The notes: a model not told the origin generated them from the letters alone. 63,324 bases of DNA, filler included, from Reclinomonas americana ATCC 50394 (GCA_048213135.1; 48 parts of 48 records of this genome joined end to end with filler, not necessarily neighbours in it), one strand, 5' to 3'. Counted from the whole stretch's first letter, positions 25,201 to 39,781 are shown. Made by a program: numbers and translations.

Positions 25201-25853
25201 CTCTTCTGGCTCGCATACACCACAGCGGTGATGGTCGACGACACCGGATTCCAGCTCATGCCCGGCACCCACGACATGCCGTTGAGCGACGGATAGCTGG
25301 TCGTGTAGCCGCCCGCACCCGTGCGCGTGACTTGCATGAAGAGCGCCGCATCGCAGACGACCAGCGGTCCGCCATTCGGCACCAAAACCGACGTCGGCCG
25401 CAAACCGAGCTGATACACCGGCGAATCATCGCTCACCTGCTTCCACGTGCCCTGCTGCAAGTCGAGCTCCACCACACGACTGAAGCCCTTGTCGTTCTGC
25501 GCGTCGAGCGTGTACGACACAAAGCCAAACACCTGCTGCGTGTCGTAGTCGACCATCAACGCCGACAGCGCCGGGTACTCGTTCGTGGCATTGGTGGGGA
25601 ACGTAAACGACACACTGTGCACGAGTGCCTTGCTGCTCGCGTCGACCGTGTAGACACCGAACCCGCGGCCGCCGTCGCAGTAGCACGAAAACAGCAATTG
25701 AGATACGGGTTGGTGCCGGTCGGCGGCCACCATGTCGGAGCAATTGCATTCGGTGCCGTTGCCGAAGGGGTAGAAGATGGCGAGGGAGCCAGTGTCGCTG
25801 TCGATGGTGTCGAGGTAGGTGCCGCCGGAGTCCATGGCGAAGAGGAGGCGGGA
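25201..25853 (-). CDS. Hypothetical beta-rich, probably extracellular protein exon
   Basis: Long open exon with GC3 bias after a polypyrimidine tract; NxT/S sequons. Confidence 0.55.
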
Positions 25854-26036
25854 CTGAGGGAGGGAGAAGGGGGGGGGTAAAGGAGAAGGGAATGAGGGAT
25901 AAAAAGGAGAAGGGAGAGGGATAAAAAGGAGAAGGGAGAGGGATGGGTTGAGAGGGAGAGAGAAGGAGTGAATGAGTGAGTGCAAGTGGAGAAAGCACAC
26001 AATGAAACAAGCACTGCTCAATGGTTTCTTGCTCTG

Positions 26037-26069
<33 letters not shown>

Positions 26070-26355
26070 TACACACACACACACTCACTCTCTGTCTCTC
26101 CGTCTATCTGGCTCTCTCTCTCTCCTTGTCTCATTCCCTCTTGCACTCCTTTGCTTCGCTCTCTCTCTCTCTCTCCCTACCTCTCTCCTTCTCTCTCTCT
26201 CTCTGTCTTTATCATTCTCCCTCCCATTCTGTCGCCTTCTCTCTTTCTGTACCTATATGTCTCTCTGTCTCTGTGTGTCTGTCTGGCTCTCTCTCTCTCC
26301 TTGTCTCATTCCCTCTTGAACTCCTTTGCTTCGCTCTCTCTCTCTCTCTCCCTAC

Positions 26356-26423
<68 letters not shown>

Positions 26424-26523
26424 NNNNNNNNNNNNNNNNNNNNNNNNNNNNNNNNNNNNNNNNNNNNTTAATTAATTAANNNNNNNNNNNNNNNNNNNNN
26501 NNNNNNNNNNNNNNNNNNNNNNN

Positions 26524-26657
<134 letters not shown>

Positions 26658-28067
26658 CCCCCCTCCCCTTCATCCCCACCTGCAAACAAATCCTCCTTCT
26701 GCACCCTCTCCGCCAGCTCCACCGGCAACGTCACCCGCTGCAACACCTCCTCCAGCACCGGCCAATTCTCGTCCCACACCGCCTCGTTGCTGGCGCACAG
26801 AGCGCCCACAAAGGGGCCACTCGGCAATTTTGCCATCACGTGCACCATGCGCAGCGGCTCACCCAGCACAGTGCGCGTGAATTCCGACAGGCACGCCGGC
26901 AGCCCACAAAACATGACGTCCTCGGTGACCAGTCGCCGCACAAAGCGCAGTGGCTCCGCGTGGGAGCGGGAGGGTGACGCGGAGGCCGAGGGTGGAGGTC
27001 GTGAGACACGCAAGTGTCGTTCACGCAGCGACTCTTCCACCTCGCACAGTGCCAGCTCGGCGTAGGGCACGAGCGGGGTGCAGTGGTGAAGAGGTCGGTC
27101 CTCCCATGAGAGCATGAACACGGCCTCACTGCAAAGGGGAAATGACGGGTCAGGAAAGAAGAGAAGCTTGTGAAGAGAAGGGACCGGGGAGTAGGAACGA
27201 AAGATGGTGAGAGCGAGACGGGGGCAGTAACAGAGGGACAGCTATGAGTGAGAACAGCGAGGAGATCGTAGGAGAAACATAGAGAAGGCAATATCATCGG
27301 CCAACTTCCTTTCTGACAGCCTGTCGGGGGAGGCAGAGCGACAGCACGAGAGAGAGAGAGGAGGGAGGAGAGAAAGCGCGCATGTGAGAAAGGGGGAAAG
27401 AAAAAAACGGGAGACGGAGAGGCGGAGAGCGGAAATGTAGAGACACAGGCGACATCGAAAGAGAGCGCAATTGAGATTTGATGCAGCAAGCACAGCGAGA
27501 GAAACAACTGCGTCGACTAACATCCTCTGAGTGTCCGACAGTGTGTCAGGGTTGTCACAGCGATACACGAAAGCAGGAAGACGGTGTCGACAATAGATGA
27601 ACAGCTGATTTGCATGGAAGTTGGACAAGAAGGGCACAACAGAGAGATAACACCTCACTCGACCCAGCTTCGCTTGTGGCAGCTTGTCGGGGGTGCCAGA
27701 GCAACAAAAGCATGTGTGAGGGGAGAGAGAGAGAGAGAGAGAGAGNNNNNNNNNNNNNNNNNNNNNNNNNNNNNNNNNNNNNNNNNNNNTTAATTAATTA
27801 ANNNNNNNNNNNNNNNNNNNNNNNNNNNNNNNNNNNNNNNNNNNNGTGTGTGAGTCGAAAGTGCGGAATGATGATGTTCGGGAAAATGCCTCACCGCACA
27901 GCGTGCACCACCTCGACGATAAACTGTGTGAGAAGTGTGAGTACTGAGAGAGGAGATGAGAGTGAGAGTCGGGGAATGCAGGCGCACCACCATCTAATCG
28001 CAAGACTGCGAGTCCGTCGATTGCTGTTCCGACGACTTTGGTTCAACTCGCCGGCGGCGTCGGCAAC

Positions 28068-29067
28068 ATGGGCCTCGTGAAGGCCGTGCTCTATGGCGCC
28101 GCCACTGCCGCCGTCTCTGGCGTCACCATCTACGTGCTCAAAGGTAATCGCGCATCTGTTTGCGCACAAAATAAAAAAAACGAACTCACACAAAACATGC
28201 AGCTGTGTGGCGACTGGTGACGCTGGGCGGCAAGGTGGCTCGCGCCACTGTCAACGAGGTGCCAGCGAGCGAGGTACTTGGTCACATGCTCCAAATTTGT
28301 GCTGTTAAAGTGACCAACAACAACCAAAATGCAGTCGCTTCCGGCGTTTGTGGTGCTCGAGGGCACGCTGCGTGCGGGCAAGCCCGAGGACGCGGTGCTG
28401 TCGCCACTGGTCAACGATCCGGTGACAGATCCACCGGCTCGCGCGGGCTCGGCGCTGGCGTTTGCCACGCGCACGACGGTGGAGTATCAGGTGCCGGTGC
28501 GTCCGCCCGCGTGGTGGCCACTGGCCCGCGATCGCTCCTCGTGGTGGCTATCGCGCACGCAACGGGAGACGCTGGTGGCGGCCACTGGATCGTGCGAGAA
28601 CATGGTGTTGCAGACGTCGGCGTCGGCGGCGACGCGAGTGCCGATTCCGACGCAGGCCGTGTATGAGGCGTTGCGGAGGGATGGGTTTCCGATTGCGGTG
28701 ACGGGCACGACGCAGGCGGCGTCGCTGACTCGTGCGGATGCGCATCGGTTGGGGGTGACGGGGTTCATGGAGAGCGCGGCGCCGTTGGTGGCCATTGGGG
28801 ATTTGCGATTGGTGTCGTTGACGGAGAGTCATGCGGTGTTGCCGGACGGACAGCCGCGGGTGGCGTGCGCTGGCCACCTGCAGCGTGACGGTTCGTTGGT
28901 CGCCGACAGCTCGTTGGTGGTGTGTTTGCAGGGCGGGCAGCAGCGGGCCGCCAGTGTCCTCCAGCGAAGAGGCATGTGGGGAGTGGCGCTGGCGTTGGCG
29001 CTGGTGGCCGTGGCCGTGGTCTGCATACGTCGGTGTGTGCGTGAGTTTCGAGCGTGGCGACAGAGCC
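28068..29067 (+). CDS. GIDE-domain protein (MUL1/SP1-like: TM - GIDE - TM), 3'-partial
   Basis: N-terminal TM, FVVLEGTL...VLSPL, LVAIGDL, second TM WGVALALALVAVAVVCI; two short introns. No RING domain within the contig. Confidence 0.55.
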
Positions 29068-29469
29068 NNNNNNNNNNNNNNNNNNNNNNNNNNNNNNNNN
29101 NNNNNNNNNNNTTAATTAATTAANNNNNNNNNNNNNNNNNNNNNNNNNNNNNNNNNNNNNNNNNNNNAGAGAGTAGTAACACGACGAGAGAGAGAGAGAG
29201 AGAGAGAGGAACGCAAAGACGCTTTCTGCTCTCCGAGAACAACAAACACGGCCAACAAATGAGTGCCGGACACGAACACTTTGACTTCACTGACCGCTGC
29301 AAGGCACTTTTCGCTTCTCCGCTGGCCTCAATATACACCTTCCCACTAGCCCCTCTCTACACAGCTCCCTTTTCACATCTGCATGTGTCCTGTGAACGAC
29401 TTGCAAAACACAATTCGAACATGGAGGTGAGCTTCCCACTCTCTCCCTCCTCCTCCTCCTCCTCCTCCA

Positions 29470-30243
29470 ATGCCTCTCACCAACACACCCGCCCAGCACT
29501 CGCCACTCCTCGAGATCTGCGTCTTCTCCCTCGCCGCCGCTCACGCCGTTCTCTCGCGCGCACACGCACTTGTCGCGCGACTGGAGCTGTGCGCAGGCGA
29601 GCCTTGCGACGGCGGCCTCTCGCCTCCACTGGACACCTACGTGCGCCCACTCCTCGAGGCATACCCGCACACACACTTTTCCGTCATGGTGCGCCCGCGC
29701 AAAGGCGACTTTGTGTACTCTCGCGAAGAGATCGATGCGGCAGTGGCGCAGGTGGAGGCACTGACAGGAGAAGAGCGCGTGGGAGTGGTGTTTGGTGCGT
29801 TGGATGCACATGGGCGATTGGATGACGTGGCGTGTCGACGCGTCTGTGAGGCTGCGGTGAAGGCCGGTCTGCGGGATGTGACACTGCACAAGGCCTTTGA
29901 TGCTGTCGAGGGTGAGGAGCCAGTGAGCACGCTGCGTGGTGCGGCTGACCTCGGCTTCCGGCGAGTGTTGACCTCGGGAGGGCGTGTGGGTCGCGCGGTG
30001 GACAACCTGGCAGTGCTGCGCGAGTTGGTGGCGGAGGGGCGCAGGGTGGGGGTGACGGTGATGCCGGGTGGTGGTGTGAGGGAGGACTGTGTGCGGCGGG
30101 TGGTGCAGGAGACGCGGTGTGTGGAGGTGCATAGTGCGGCGTTGGGTGGCGATGGTGGTGGTGGTGGTGGCGGTATGCCGGATCTGCTGTGTGTTGAGCG
30201 TATGGTGGGGGAGTTGTCGGTGGTGGTGAGCAGGGATGAGTGA
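29470..30243 (+). CDS. cutC: Copper homeostasis protein CutC
   Basis: LEICV, RLELC, GGLSP, VMVRPRKGDFVYS, GVVFGAL, TLHKAFD, RVLTSGG, MPGGGV, EVHS. Complete and intronless. Confidence 0.95.
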   Translation: MPLTNTPAQHSPLLEICVFSLAAAHAVLSRAHALVARLELCAGEPCDGGLSPPLDTYVRPLLEAYPHTHFSVMVRPRKGDFVYSREEIDAAVAQVEALTGEERVGVVFGALDAHGRLDDVACRRVCEAAVKAGLRDVTLHKAFDAVEGEEPVSTLRGAADLGFRRVLTSGGRVGRAVDNLAVLRELVAEGRRVGVTVMPGGGVREDCVRRVVQETRCVEVHSAALGGDGGGGGGGMPDLLCVERMVGELSVVVSRDE

Positions 30244-30292
30244 ATGAGGAGGGAAGGAGAAGGTGGGAGTGAAGGAGGGAGGGAGAGGAGAG

Positions 30293-30335
<43 letters not shown>

Positions 30336-30566
30336 AGAAGAAGAAGAGAGAGAGAGAGAGAGAAGAAGAAGAAGAAGAAGAAGAAGANNNNNNNNNNNNN
30401 NNNNNNNNNNNNNNNNNNNNNNNNNNNNNNNTTAATTAATTAANNNNNNNNNNNNNNNNNNNNNNNNNNNNNNNNNNNNNNNNNNNNCGCAGGGGAAGAG
30501 AGGGCACACCACAAACCAATCAGCAACAGGATTTCAAAGCGAACAGCATGGTGTGCCAACTAACTA

Positions 30567-31513
<947 letters not shown>

Positions 31514-31621
31514 CTGCATCACCGCAAGAGCACAAGTGTGAGCGCGCGCTAGAGAGTGCGTGTGCGTGAGCGGGGGAGTGAGATTTGCGCGCGTGTCATG
31601 TGCCACGCCCACACACACGCA

Positions 31622-31674
<53 letters not shown>

Positions 31675-31807
31675 AGAGAGAGAGAACGACGACGACGACG
31701 ACGACGANNNNNNNNNNNNNNNNNNNNNNNNNNNNNNNNNNNNNNNNNNNNTTAATTAATTAANNNNNNNNNNNNNNNNNNNNNNNNNNNNNNNNNNNNN
31801 NNNNNNN

Positions 31808-31841
<34 letters not shown>

Positions 31842-32201
31842 GAAGAAGAGGAGGTCGTGTGCAACGGTGACTAATAACGTAGTGAGAAGGGAGAGAGAGA
31901 GAGCTGAACACATTCAAGTTCTCTTCTCCCTTCTCTCTTCTTCTCCTCGCCCCCCCCCCCCCCACCCCCCCTTCTCGCTCCCACTCCTTCACCCTCCCCT
32001 TCCGCACTGGCTTCTTCCACTGACCCTTCTTCGTTGCTCTATCACAGGCGACCCCTGCGGCCACTGCCACCACCACCGACCCGCCAAAGAAGAAAAAGTT
32101 CCCGAAGTGGCGCTTCATCTTTGGCACCATCTTTCTGGTGCGCTTTTCCATGCCTCTTCCCCGCACTTCTTGTGTTCTCTCGTGTCTCATTCAACGCGCA
32201 G

Positions 32202-32351
32202 GCCATTGCACTGCCATACACGGCGGTGGAGACGAGTCTGCTCGACAATGTCATGCTGCGTGGTCGGCGTGAGCGCAATGCCAAGATCAAGCCCGAGGAT
32301 TACGTGAACCGTGAGGCGGTGAAGGAGCTGCTGGCCGGGCACACCAAGGAT
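32202..32351 (+). CDS. Isolated internal exon of an unidentified protein
   Basis: CAG acceptor, 50 open codons (AIALPYTAVE...LLAGHTKD), GTTGCGT donor followed by a purine-rich intron. Confidence 0.5.
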
Positions 32352-34539
32352 GTTGCGTGCGGGAAGGGTGATGCAGGAGAAGGGGGAAAGGGGGAAGGGA
32401 GAGGGAGGGGAGAAAAGAGTGAGGGACTGCGATCGCTGTGTGGAGGATATGGGAGAAGAAGAGAATGGGAGAGTGTATGAATGTTGCGCGTTGAAAGAAG
32501 AGAAGGGGGAGAGAGAATGGAGAAGAGAAGAGAATGAGTGATTGCGCTCGCTTCAGGAGTTTTGCGTCATGTGAGGCAGAAAGAGAATGAGAGCGGAGAA
32601 GAGAAGAGAGCAAGAGACGCGAGCGAGTGACTCGCTGAAACCTCTGTCAATGAGATCACCCTGATGAATGACTCTGCTCGCTGTGGAAATCGTCGCGTAT
32701 TCGCGGTGACTCATACAGTTGCTGCGCATTACCCTGCCTTGAATCTCGCCGCATTGCTGAGCGAACAGAAGGAGCGGGGAGAGTTGGTGATTTTGTTGCA
32801 ATTCAGTTCTCTCAGGTGCTCTTTTCCTTACTCAACAATATCCTCTCTCTCTCTCTATCCCTCACTGTCTTGTTCGCCCACCCACGCCCTCCCTCCACCT
32901 CTCCTTTTCCCGAACCAGTCCCTATCCTCTTCGCTTCTTCACTGCTTCCTCACCGCCTCCCCTCTCCCTCCCCCTTCTCCTTCTCCCTCCCCTTGTCCCT
33001 CTCTTCTCTCCCTCCCTCTCCCCTCTCCCCTCNNNNNNNNNNNNNNNNNNNNNNNNNNNNNNNNNNNNNNNNNNNNTTAATTAATTAANNNNNNNNNNNN
33101 NNNNNNNNNNNNNNNNNNNNNNNNNNNNNNNNCTCTCTCTCTCTTCTTCTCACACACTCTTCTCTCTCTCTCTCTCTCTCTCTCCCACTCACTCTCTCCT
33201 CTCTCTCTCTCTCTCTCATTCACTCTCTCACTCTCTCCTCTCTCTCTCTCTCTCATTCACTCTCATTGTTCACACTCACCTCCAACTTTCCCTTTGCTCC
33301 TCTTGGCATATACGGCATGTAGATGAGATAGTTCTGGAACTTCCACACAAGAAAGAGAATGCACGCGGGAAACGTGGCCAACTGTCACAAATAAACACAA
33401 TCACACACAATCACACACAAAGAGTGAGTGAGTGAGAGAGTGAGAGATGAGAAGCTGCACGCTCGTGCATTCTTACCACAAAGAACAGACAGAGAAACAT
33501 CGCTCTCACACGCCCACAGATACAAAAATGGCAAACTTCGCGCGTGTCCTGTGAAACAATGTGCCTTTCGCATGTGGTGTTTCGCTTTTCTACCTTCTGT
33601 TCTGTTGGCACGTGCGAGCTGCGCGAGCTGTGCTTTGCGGCGCGGGCTCGATTTTCGACGTTCGACTTTGTGAAATCGAAATTGAGGTTGGCGAAGTGAG
33701 CGTCAAGAGGTGCGTTCCTGCACACTTGATGGAGAAGAGCGCTTAGTATTCCCGGGTCCTCTAATACGCTGGCACCGGCCCTTCAGAACCGAAATCTGCA
33801 GCTGCAGCCTCCACTGATCGACGAATTCGAATTCGGAAACGAAACCTGAGCTGAGCTTCGTCAAGCTCGACCAAGTACAACGCGCAAAGATCCAGACCCG
33901 TCCTCCCTTTGTACACTTGATTGGCCTTCAGAACCGCATGGTCGCTTGCATCTGTCGCAAACATGGAAAAATCGAAGTGACCGTCTTGCCGACTTGAGTT
34001 TGTTCAGGCGGACGATCACGCACACCGCCACGCACTTTCTTAGCAATCCGCACTTGACATTCCCGCTGTTTACAGTATTGCAAGCGTGGGCCGAGGAGGA
34101 GGAGGAGCAAGATCTAAAGAGGAAGAGCACAGCAGGAGGGAAGGCGATGATCCTGACGGGAAAGCAGTTTGCTGGCGGCGGTGTTCCTGCTGGATGTGCA
34201 GTTTGGTAAGTGGAGACACGAGGCAGAGTGTGAATAGACCAGCCCTGGCATTGGCTTCTCCCTTCGGAAGAAAAATACCGGTTCCGATATCGTTCGCAAT
34301 TGCAATGCAAGCTGTCTCTGAGCGCCACATCGGATCCACTGTGCGCCTCCNNNNNNNNNNNNNNNNNNNNNNNNNNNNNNNNNNNNNNNNNNNNTTAATT
34401 AATTAANNNNNNNNNNNNNNNNNNNNNNNNNNNNNNNNNNNNNNNNNNNNGTACTGCGAGCCTCTGCGCAAAGCAAACGCGAGTGAGGCTCACACGATCG
34501 TGCGTCTCCCTTTCCCACCCTCGCTTCTCTCTCACTCAC

Positions 34540-35620
34540 TTCTTCGCCTCCTGCTCAATGTTGTAGCCGGGACTGGGGTCGTTGGAGAGGTGAATGACAC
34601 GCGCGAAGCGATCAAGCAGGTTGCCGACGGCAATGTCAATCGTCTCCCCAAAGATGCGATACCGCTGCATCGAGTACGCAATGACCTGCGTGTTGCCGCC
34701 GCTCACGTACAACACGATCGGATCCTCGGCCTTGGTCACCACTCGTCCCATCTCAATGTGGCCCACGCAGTGATTGACCGGAATCAACGGCTTGTTCCAC
34801 AGCTGTGCCAGCGTGCGCACCACAATCGCCACGGCATTCAAGCAAGGGCCCATGCCAGGACCTGTGCAGAGCACGGCAATACGTGAGGAGGATTGAAGAA
34901 CGACATCGTTTCCTGCACTTAGTTGTTCTCACTCTCTTCACGAGCCGCCTGTGCATTACACGGCAACGAGATGACAACTGCAGAACAACGATTCCTACTT
35001 TCTCTCCCTCCCTCCCTCCCAGAGCTGCATTTCCACTTCACGGCACAATGAGAAGAAGACTGCAGAACAACTCTCTCTCTCTACCTCTACGCAGTTGTAC
35101 AACTCGACGAAGGTTGCAGAACAACAATCCTGCTCTCTGCTTCTTTCATTTCCGTGACGCTCCTTTCCTTCATGCAGAGTTGCATTTGCACTCAAGGACA
35201 CAACGAGATAAAGGCTGCAGAAAGGAGTGAGGAGAGAGAGACAGAAAGAGCAATCTTCAACTGGAAAGACAGTACGATCCTGCACAATGCTCTCTCTCCA
35301 GCGGCTGCAGTTGTACAGCACAACACAGCGAGAAGAGGGATGGAGAAAGAGAGAAAACCCTGGTTGTCGTGGTGTGCATGCATGCAGCTCTTGCATGAAA
35401 GACAGTACGATCCTGCACTGCTCTCTCTCCCTCCCACCTCTCTTCCTCCTCGTCCCCCTCGCCCTCTCACCTCTCGTGTAACACAAACAGGCAATGTCAT
35501 CGGGCGTCACTCGCGCCTCCGTCATGGCCTCGCGCAACAAGCGAAAAATGTGTGCACGATGATGCTCGGCGGTCTCTCGCGGGAGAAATCCAGTGCCCGG
35601 CGGTGTAATAAACGTATGTC
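34540..35620 (-). CDS. OSGEP: tRNA N6-adenosine threonylcarbamoyltransferase (Kae1), two internal exons
   Basis: [60 protein letters not shown]; intron 34862-35470. Confidence 0.97.
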
Positions 35621-35770
35621 TGAGCGGTAAAACACACACAAAGTCACAAAAGAGAAGAGACAGAGAGACANNNNNNNNNNNNNNNNNNNNNNNNNNNNNN
35701 NNNNNNNNNNNNNNTTAATTAATTAANNNNNNNNNNNNNNNNNNNNNNNNNNNNNNNNNNNNNNNNNNNN

Positions 35771-36990
35771 TTTCGATCGCCGTGTCGCGCGACTGGATTG
35801 TGCAAATGACCAAGGGTAACAGTGCCATGCTGACGTGTGCGTCTTTTCTTTCCGTCGTCCCTCCCCATTGTCGTCGCTGCGGAATCTCATTCATGTGTCT
35901 TCCAGCGGCCAACGCCACCATGCGCCGCATCGATCTCACCTCGGAGATTCTGGCGCCGCTGGCCTTTGGCTTCATTCTCGCTCTCATCGAGTCGATTCCC
36001 GCACTCCTTCTCGTCAGTGCCTACAACGTGGTCAGCTTCTTCTTCGAGGTCATCACGTTGGCCGTGGTGTACCGACGCAGTCCGTCGTTGCACGGCGTTG
36101 TTGTCGCGTCGCCGTCCGGGGGCGCGGTGCCCGCAGAGGGGGCGGTGGAGATGAAGGAGATGTCGGAGGAGGGCGGCCAGTTGCGCTTGCTCGAAAACGA
36201 AGACGACGATGACGGAGCGGGTGACGACGACGACGACGACGGGAGTGGTATTGCGCGGAGAAGCGACGCGGCCGAGCGTGGAGCAGCAAGTAAGCAAGCC
36301 ACGGAGACGACACCGACTCCACCTGCAAAGGAACAGTCGAAGAAATGCTCCAAGACCTGCTGGCGCGGCTGCTTCCTGCGCGCATGTTTGCCGCTGATGG
36401 ATGGCTGGAAAACGTGCGTGCCAGATTGCAGATAACGGAGAGCATACGACTGTGCCATAACGCAATCCTTGCTGTGTTACTGTGATCACAGGTACATTTC
36501 GCAGAATGTCACCTGGGCCAGCGTGGGCTACGTGTGTTTGTACATTACGGCGCTCTCCCCGGGCGTCATGATCACGTCGTACTTGGTGTCGGAGGGCGTT
36601 TCATCGGTCGAAATCGGCGTCTTTCGCGCGTGTTCAGCGGTTCGTACCACCAGCTCGCGATAATTGCTTTCTTCGCTGGTGTTCATCCTCCACGCGACAC
36701 ACAGATTGGCGGCATCTCCTCAACGCTGATCACTCCCTGCATTCTGCGTCGCGCTGGTGCCGTGGTCACCGGCGCCATCGGCATCTGGCTCGAGTGGCTC
36801 ATGCTGGTGGTGGCCGCCCTCTCGTTCCACATGTGTGGATCCAGGTTGGCTGCGTTTTCCTCTGAGCGAGAGACTTCTCTCTCTTGCTGATTTCCTGCTC
36901 CCGCTGCCAGCTCCGACAAGAATTGCATCTACGTGTTCCTCGCCACCGTGGTCATCTCGCGCATCGGGCTGTGGATGTTTGATCTGGCAG
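35771..36990 (+). CDS. SLC40A1: Ferroportin (SLC40 iron exporter), partial
   Basis: IAVSRDWIV, NATMRRIDL.SEILAP, LYITALSPG, SRIGLWMFDLA. Confidence 0.92.
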
Positions 36991-37090
36991 NNNNNNNNNN
37001 NNNNNNNNNNNNNNNNNNNNNNNNNNNNNNNNNNTTAATTAATTAANNNNNNNNNNNNNNNNNNNNNNNNNNNNNNNNNNNNNNNNNNNN

Positions 37091-37126
37091 CAGTGGTTGA
37101 TCGTCGACGATGAGGACGCGCGTCAT
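37091..37126 (-). CDS. Start of the cognate response regulator (MTRVLIVDDQPL)
   Basis: Receiver-domain N-terminus; ATGA overlap with the kinase stop codon. Confidence 0.85.
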
Positions 37127-38277
37127 GCGTCATCTCCCGCTGTCGGGATCGCGACGTGAAGCCGGAACTCGTCCTGGTCGCGCAAGACGACGACACGCCC
37201 TCGCACGGCGGCCACGCGCTCCCGCAACCCACGCAGTCCGTGGCCGCTCGGCGTGGCATCCGGGCTCTCCTCGCCGACGGCATTGGTGACGATGATGTCG
37301 ATCACGCCGTCACCGCCGCGGATCGCGAGCGCCGCCCGATCGCCCTCTCCGTGCTTGTGGGCATTCGTGAGCCCTTCTCGAATCGCCAGGTAGGCCGCAT
37401 GATCGCTCGATCCCGCGAGCGCTCCGAGCTCCGCATCCCGGCGCAGGTCGACGCGCAACCCTGCCGCCTCGACCTGCGCCACAAGGTCGTCCACACCTTC
37501 CAGTCCTATGGGCGGATGCCGGTCACCCGGTGCGTCCGCGTCACCGTCGCGCAGCACCGACATCAGCCCACCGATATCGGTCAGCACGGTTCGAGCAGCC
37601 GCACGAATCGCAGTGAGTGCTTCTCGTGCCCGTTCCGGCCGCGCCTCGATCGCCGATGAGGCGACGCCCGCGTTCAGGCTGATGACCGCGATCTGGTGGG
37701 CGACGATGTCGTGGAGATCGCGAGCGATGCGTACGCGCTCCTCCGCCACGCGTCGCCGCGCCTCCTCTTCTCGACCGCGTTCGGCTCGTTCGGCGCGCTC
37801 TCTCATCGCCGCGGCGTACTCCCGCCGGGATCGGGTCGCGTCTCCGACGGCACCGGCGAGGACGATGAAGAGCAGGAACTGCAGGGCACGCGAGTCGAAG
37901 ACCTCGCCGTCGAGCGTCATCGCGTTCGTGCAGAAGACCAGGATCGAGGCCGCGCCCACCAGCAGCAGCCCGACCGGCCGTGCCACCCGGTCGGTGACGG
38001 CGAAGGCCGCCACCGCGATGGCGATCATGACTCCGGGCGAGAGCAACCCGAACAGCGCGGTGAGCGTGCTGCATCCCAGGCTGACGGCGAGGACCATGAT
38101 CGGCAGCCGACGGCGAAGGGGCATCAGCGCGGCCGGCAGCAAGGCCGGGACGAGCAGCAGCCCATGAGCCTGGAAGACCGCATCGGGGTAGGGAAGGAAT
38201 GCGAGCAGGATGACGATGGCGACCGCGAGGACGTCGGTCAGCAATGTCGCCGGACGGGGGAAGCGGAAGGACGACAC
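37123..38277 (-). CDS. Bacterial sensor histidine kinase (HisKA_3, DesK/NarX type)
   Basis: Multiple TMs, ERVRIARDLHDIVAH, EGLTNAHKH, GHGLRGLRERV. Confidence 0.95.
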   Translation of the reverse strand: MSSFRFPRPATLLTDVLAVAIVILLAFLPYPDAVFQAHGLLLVPALLPAALMPLRRRLPIMVLAVSLGCSTLTALFGLLSPGVMIAIAVAAFAVTDRVARPVGLLLVGAASILVFCTNAMTLDGEVFDSRALQFLLFIVLAGAVGDATRSRREYAAAMRERAERAERGREEEARRRVAEERVRIARDLHDIVAHQIAVISLNAGVASSAIEARPERAREALTAIRAAARTVLTDIGGLMSVLRDGDADAPGDRHPPIGLEGVDDLVAQVEAAGLRVDLRRDAELGALAGSSDHAAYLAIREGLTNAHKHGEGDRAALAIRGGDGVIDIIVTNAVGEESPDATPSGHGLRGLRERVAAVRGRVVVLRDQDEFRLHVAIPTAGDDA

Positions 38278-38483
38278 CCCTCCAGTATTCCGGGCTGACG
38301 CACGTGGCGNNNNNNNNNNNNNNNNNNNNNNNNNNNNNNNNNNNNNNNNNNNNTTAATTAATTAANNNNNNNNNNNNNNNNNNNNNNNNNNNNNNNNNNN
38401 NNNNNNNNNAGAAGATAACGATGAGTAACAAATGCCGAAGACGACAAAACAAGGCAAAGCCCTTCCGACCCCAGTGACGCAAC

Positions 38484-39490
38484 GCTCCCTGTGGCGTGGT
38501 GAACTGAATCAAGGCCGAGTCGCGCTTGTTGTACAGAATCTTGACACGCGCAACGTCGCCGTACGCGCCAAACAGCATGAACAACGCATCGGCGTCCATG
38601 CGGCCCGGCTCCAGGCCGTTCACCAGCAGCACCGTCTGGCCCTGTGGCGCACCAACACTGGCCGCCACCGCCGCCGCTGCCGCCGCCGCCTGTCCGCTGT
38701 AACCACCGCCGTAGCCGCCACCAATGCCGGCGCCCATGCCACCGCCCATGTGAGGGGGCATGCCGCCGCCCATACCACCACCACCCACGCCGCCACCCAT
38801 TCCACCGCCCATGCCACCACCCATGCCACCTCCCATACCGCCGCCCATGCCACCTCCCATGCCGCCAAAGCCACCGTAGCCGCTGTGTCCCATTTCCACG
38901 CCGCCGAAACCGCCGTGGCCACCCATCATGCCACCCGGTGGGCCGTAGGCGGCTGTTCACAAAAGGAGAATGTCAGCAAAAGGGAAATCTCAAGACAGAA
39001 GAGGGAACAAAGGTGAAGAGGAGTTCACGAGACGGAGCAGGAGACAAAAGCAAGCTTGACGGAAAATACACACACACACACGCAACGTTGCTGCATCATC
39101 ATCGACTGCTGCTGGAGCACGTGCAATGGTGGGCCGCCACCGTCGCCCGTCGGCAACGACGGGTCAGTGTAGTCGCGTGACTTGTCGTTGTTGAACTTGA
39201 TGGTGAGGTTGTTGAGCGACGAGAACTGGATCTTCAGCGTGCAGCAGCCGGGGTAGATGTTCTGACCCTCCAGCATCTGCTTGGCGCTGCGTGCGTTGCT
39301 CGGGTCGTCGTATTGCACGAGGGCCTGGTTGAGGCCGTTCTTGCAAAACACAATGGCCTTCAGCACGTTGCCGTACTTGGAGAACACCTGGTGAATCACG
39401 TGCACGTCGACCGGGTACAGCATGTTGTGGATGGTGATGAGCAGGACGTTGCCGGCGGCGCCCGCGGGAACCGAGTCGGAGGATGGCTGC
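38484..39490 (-). CDS. Polypyrimidine tract-binding protein / hnRNP L family (RRM2, Gly/Met-rich linker, RRM3)
   Basis: [17 protein letters not shown]...[18 protein letters not shown]...[42 protein letters not shown]. Confidence 0.92.
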
Positions 39491-39781
39491 GAGAAGGGTA
39501 AGGGGAGGGAAGGGTGAGGAGGGGGGAGGGGGAGGGGGGAAGGGGGGAAGGGTGAAGGGGGAAGGAAGGAGGAAGGGAGGAGGAAGGGAGGGGAGGGGAG
39601 GGGGGGAAAGGCGAGAGGGAAGAGGAGTAGNNNNNNNNNNNNNNNNNNNNNNNNNNNNNNNNNNNNNNNNNNNNTTAATTAATTAANNNNNNNNNNNNNN
39701 NNNNNNNNNNNNNNNNNNNNNNNNNNNNNNGTGTGATGAGCAACAAGAGGGGAGAGGGAAGGGGAGAGAGGGAGGCGCAAC

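Noticed and set aside
29470..30243. Intronless cutC as a candidate bacterial transfer
   Set aside because: CutC is widespread in eukaryotes and the flanks are host-type microsatellites; nothing here supports HGT without a phylogeny.
33761..33964. FATDASD resembling a retroelement RNase H motif
   Set aside because: No other RNase H or RT motifs, and the frame opens only just upstream; probably chance.
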